Assembly: GCA_009786125.1 (NCBI GenBank)
Contig: WQTU01000138.1
Coordinates: 12,721-76,720, forward strand
Origin: Spirochaetota bacterium
Lineage (GTDB): Bacteria > Spirochaetota > Spirochaetia > CADAEX01
DNA length: 64,000 nucleotides
Direction: 5' to 3'
Below, in pieces: positions 61,032 to 64,000 of this stretch. The notes under the pieces were generated by a model. The model was given only the letters and a program-made list of their open reading frames with translations. It was not told where the DNA came from and ran no database searches. The position numbers were made by a program, and so were the translations under genes. Numbering within the stretch: position 1 is the stretch's first letter; the number at the start of each line of letters is the position of its first letter.

Positions 61032-61976
61032 ATGAAGGTAAAGTTCTGGGGAGTTAGAGGCTCTGTTCCTGTTCCTCTTACAAATATACAGCTTCAGCGA
61101 AAAATCTCTGCAATTGTTCAACGAATCAAGCCTGAAGACCTTATTTCGCCCGAAGCGCGTGAAATCTTTATTTCAAAGCTCCCGGAACACATTTCTACAA
61201 CAGTTGGAGGCAATACAACCTGCGTAGAGGTAATGCTGGAAGATGAAACGCCGATTCTTTTTGATGCAGGAACAGGCTTAAGAGAGTTTGGAATCTCACT
61301 TTTAAAGCAAAATAAGCATTTAAAGCATTATCATATCTTTTTTTCGCATTTTCATTGGGATCATATACAGGGTTTGCCCTTTTTTTCACCGCAGGTTTAT
61401 AGTCCAAAGTGTTCAATTACTTTTTATAGCCCTGTTGAAAATTTCATGGAGATTTTATCAAATCAGATGAAACCTCCATATTTTCCAATTACATTGAATG
61501 AATTTAAGGCTAAAATTAATTTTGTAACTATACCGCCCCAAGGAGTTTTGATTGGCAAGGCGAGAGTTACCAGTATGGCTGTTAATCATCCCGGCGGCTG
61601 TTATGCGTACAGGGTTACAGAAAATAATAAAACTATGGTTTTTTCGACAGATACGGAATTAAGAGAGACAGATTTTCATAAAAACGAAAAGTCAATCAAA
61701 TTTTATGAAAATATCGATCTTCTTGTGATTGATACTCAATATACTCTTGATGAGGCTCTTGAAAAATACGACTGGGGACATACCTCTTTTAGTCTTGCGG
61801 TGGAGTTTGCCTCTGAGTGGATGGTAAAAAAAACTGTCCTTTTTCATCATGAACCGCTATATGAAGATAAAAAACTTTATGGTATTCTGGAAAAGGCGCG
61901 CTGGTATGCCAATAATCTTTACAGTTTTACTCCGGAAGTTATATTAGCGCGTGAAGGTCTTGAAATAGAGGTATAA
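61032..61976 (+). CDS. MBL-fold metallo-hydrolase
   Basis: HFHWDH (HxHxDH) motif. Confidence 0.75.
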   Translation: MKVKFWGVRGSVPVPLTNIQLQRKISAIVQRIKPEDLISPEAREIFISKLPEHISTTVGGNTTCVEVMLEDETPILFDAGTGLREFGISLLKQNKHLKHYHIFFSHFHWDHIQGLPFFSPQVYSPKCSITFYSPVENFMEILSNQMKPPYFPITLNEFKAKINFVTIPPQGVLIGKARVTSMAVNHPGGCYAYRVTENNKTMVFSTDTELRETDFHKNEKSIKFYENIDLLVIDTQYTLDEALEKYDWGHTSFSLAVEFASEWMVKKTVLFHHEPLYEDKKLYGILEKARWYANNLYSFTPEVILAREGLEIEV

Positions 61977-62000
61977 ATATTGAAACTTAATAAACAAGAG

Positions 62001-62144
62001 ATGGTTTTACTTTATGCTCTTTTAAGAAAACATGAAAAAGAACTGGAAAAAGAAATATATACTTTAAAATATCGTCTTGAAAAAGAGTTATTTAATTTTC
62101 TCACAATAGAAGAAATTCAAGCATTGGATAATAAAGCTATATGA
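62001..62144 (+). CDS. small ORF (47 aa, MVLLYALLRKHEKELEKEIYTLKYRLEKELFNFLTIEEIQALDNKAI), helical
   Basis: Below the ORF-track cutoff; its stop overlaps the ATG of the downstream large gene (ATGA), suggesting translational coupling. Confidence 0.3.
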   Translation: MVLLYALLRKHEKELEKEIYTLKYRLEKELFNFLTIEEIQALDNKAI

Positions 62145-64000
62145 AAAGAATTACTGTTGCTTTTGTTTTATTTGCACTATTTTCGTCATTTGCTGCGGCA
62201 GGCGACTCATTTAAAGCAGGGGATCTTTTTTATGATCTTCTTTCGCCTTCTTTGGCTTCTTCGGGAGCTTCCTTTGTAAACCTTGATTCTCCGTTAGCCG
62301 CCATGAATAACCCTGCTGCTGCGGGGTTTCTGCAAAGACCTGTGCTGGAAGCAGCAAACACGTTTGTAAGCGGTTCCGGCGAACATAGCGGCTGGGGGAA
62401 TATTGCAGCTTTGGGATTTGCGTATCCGGGAAAAGCAGGGGTTTTAAGCGCATCTTTGTTTCTTCTTAACAGCAATTTTAATTTTTATAATGAAGCTTTT
62501 TTGGCTGGCATCAATGTTTCCGGCGCAAAGGATATTTATGAAAATTTATCGATTGGCATCGGGCTTAACTTTGGATATGGGAACACCGGGGGTTCGGACT
62601 GGATGCTCTCTGCAGATCTTGGCTTTATTTATTTTCCGCATGAGTTTTTGAACCACAAAAATTTCAGGTGGGGCGCTGTGTTAAAAAATTTGGGGAAGGG
62701 TTTTTCTCCTGATGGAAATTCGGGGGCGCTGCCTGCTTTGTTTTCGCCGGGCGTTGGCGCGGGTATAAATATTTTTGAGACTTCCAGAGTTGCAGGGGAT
62801 CTTACAGCAGATATCTTCTTTCCTTCTTTTCAAAATGTTGTTGTTGATTTTGGCACATATATTACGTTTGCAAATTCTCTTAGATTAAATTTTGCGGCAA
62901 GAGCTAACTATAATATTCTGTCAGATACCGGAGCCAGGGTATCGAGTTTTTCTCCCACAATAGGGGTCTCGTATGGTTTTAGGAGAGACCTTGGAAACTT
63001 AAATATAGAAACGCTAAGAGAAAGGGATTTGGAAAAAACAGATATAATAGCAGATGCTGCTGTTACGCAAATTGCCAGAAACATACGGGGATACGGTATA
63101 GGCGCAAGAATTTTGTTTGGTCTTGAAGATAACGAAGGACCTGTCATAACTATTACTTATCCTGAGATTCAGCATATATCTCCCGGAAATTTCGGAGCAA
63201 ATCATGAACTTCTGTTTCCCATCAGAATCGAGGACAGGCGTTTTGTAATGGGATACACTTTTGACATAATGGATGAAGCCGGAAACATTGTAAGGACTTA
63301 TGAGAACAAAGAAAACAGACCGGAAAATATTAATTTTAGAAATATTTTGGACAGGATTCTTTATGTAAGATCGGGCATTTATGTTCCTGAGACTTTTTCA
63401 TGGGATGGGCTTTGCAATAACCGTCTTCCTGTTCCTGACGGCACATACTTTTTTTCGGTTACTGCATGGGACGACAGCGGAAATGTTTCGACTTCTGCAA
63501 GGTATACTGTAATAGTTGATACTGTGCCGCCGCTATTAATTCTTGAGCAGCCTGCAACTCTTGCAGATATGATTTTCTCGCCTGATGGTGATGGTTACAA
63601 AGATTTTTTTACAATAAGGCAAAGCGGTTCTGTTGAGAAATTCTGGTTAGCTGAAATTTATGATAAAGACGGCAATGTTGTTAGAACTTTTGATTTTAGC
63701 GGACAGGCTCCTGTTGATATAGTTTGGGACGGCAGAGGAGATGATGGCTTGCTTCTTCCGGACGGTGTTTATTCATATAGAATTACAGGCGAGGATTTTG
63801 CAAGAAACAGGACAACGGGGTATATCAGAAATATTGTTATAAGCACTGTTGAGACTCCTGTTGAGCTTAGGATTTCGGATTCTGCATTTTCGCCAGGTAA
63901 CGCCGAAGCCAGAAGTACGCTGACATTTTTTATGGATGTGCCTGTTAAAGAAGGTATAGAAAGCTGGGTACTTGATATTATCTCCGAAAGAGACAACAGG
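62141..64000 (+). CDS. large secreted surface protein with repeated Ig-like (FlgD-Ig/BIG-like) modules, 3'-truncated at window end
   Basis: Reading frame open from the ATG at 62141 to the window end (not in the ORF track because no stop). Signal peptide MKRITVAFVLFALFSSFAAA. Repeats of ...PDGDG...F.....G......DG..V....G......W.G.......PDG.Y. Confidence 0.5.
   Translation, partial: MKRITVAFVLFALFSSFAAAGDSFKAGDLFYDLLSPSLASSGASFVNLDSPLAAMNNPAAAGFLQRPVLEAANTFVSGSGEHSGWGNIAALGFAYPGKAGVLSASLFLLNSNFNFYNEAFLAGINVSGAKDIYENLSIGIGLNFGYGNTGGSDWMLSADLGFIYFPHEFLNHKNFRWGAVLKNLGKGFSPDGNSGALPALFSPGVGAGINIFETSRVAGDLTADIFFPSFQNVVVDFGTYITFANSLRLNFAARANYNILSDTGARVSSFSPTIGVSYGFRRDLGNLNIETLRERDLEKTDIIADAAVTQIARNIRGYGIGARILFGLEDNEGPVITITYPEIQHISPGNFGANHELLFPIRIEDRRFVMGYTFDIMDEAGNIVRTYENKENRPENINFRNILDRILYVRSGIYVPETFSWDGLCNNRLPVPDGTYFFSVTAWDDSGNVSTSARYTVIVDTVPPLLILEQPATLADMIFSPDGDGYKDFFTIRQSGSVEKFWLAEIYDKDGNVVRTFDFSGQAPVDIVWDGRGDDGLLLPDGVYSYRITGEDFARNRTTGYIRNIVISTVETPVELRISDSAFSPGNAEARSTLTFFMDVPVKEGIESWVLDIISERDNR

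Overview
This window is an AT-rich spirochete chromosome segment. The spirochete assignment rests on the FlaB-type flagellin beginning [12 protein letters not shown] and on the overall gene content. Most of the window is conserved housekeeping: glyQS and tyrS (both strand-truncated at neither end except glyQS at the 5' edge), enolase, a riboflavin operon (ribD-ribE-ribB-ribA-ribH) behind an FMN riboswitch, ffh-rpsP-KH-rimM-trmD-rplS, ftsK, a recC-recB-recD operon, ilvBH, coaD, rpmF-acpP-rnc, cca, flaB, map, and tRNA-Thr(TGT) plus tRNA-Tyr(GTA). Between the methyl-accepting chemotaxis protein gene (5955-8153) and the FMN riboswitch at 19298-19432 lies a mosaic accessory region of about 11 kb with no integrase (8160-19300). 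It contains: (i) two paralogous minimal class III nucleotidyl-cyclase-like genes flanking a MalT-like STAND NTPase/LuxR-HTH regulator gene, which looks like a gene-split version of the fused cyclase-STAND-LuxR architecture; (ii) an orphan 219-aa protein; (iii) a secreted outer-membrane-protein gene whose last ~35 nt are repeated 2 kb downstream, bracketing an inserted module; (iv) a hicB-hicA toxin-antitoxin pair; (v) an Rpn-family (YhgA-like) nuclease gene with an internal SD+ATG for a C-terminal small protein, whose 3' ~200 bp is tandemly repeated about 2.4 times to give a translationally coupled stand-alone RpnS-like ORF; (vi) a frameshifted relE/parE toxin pseudogene with a downstream partner ORF. 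A dispersed GC-rich repeat family and REP-like palindromes punctuate the module junctions. Related GC-rich sequence sits as in-frame insertions inside ribD. Further oddities are a perfect 58-bp tandem duplication in a response-regulator 5' region, a 17-bp inverted repeat with about 100-nt spacer upstream of a near-leaderless ffh, and a small ORF translationally coupled to a large partial surface protein at the window end.
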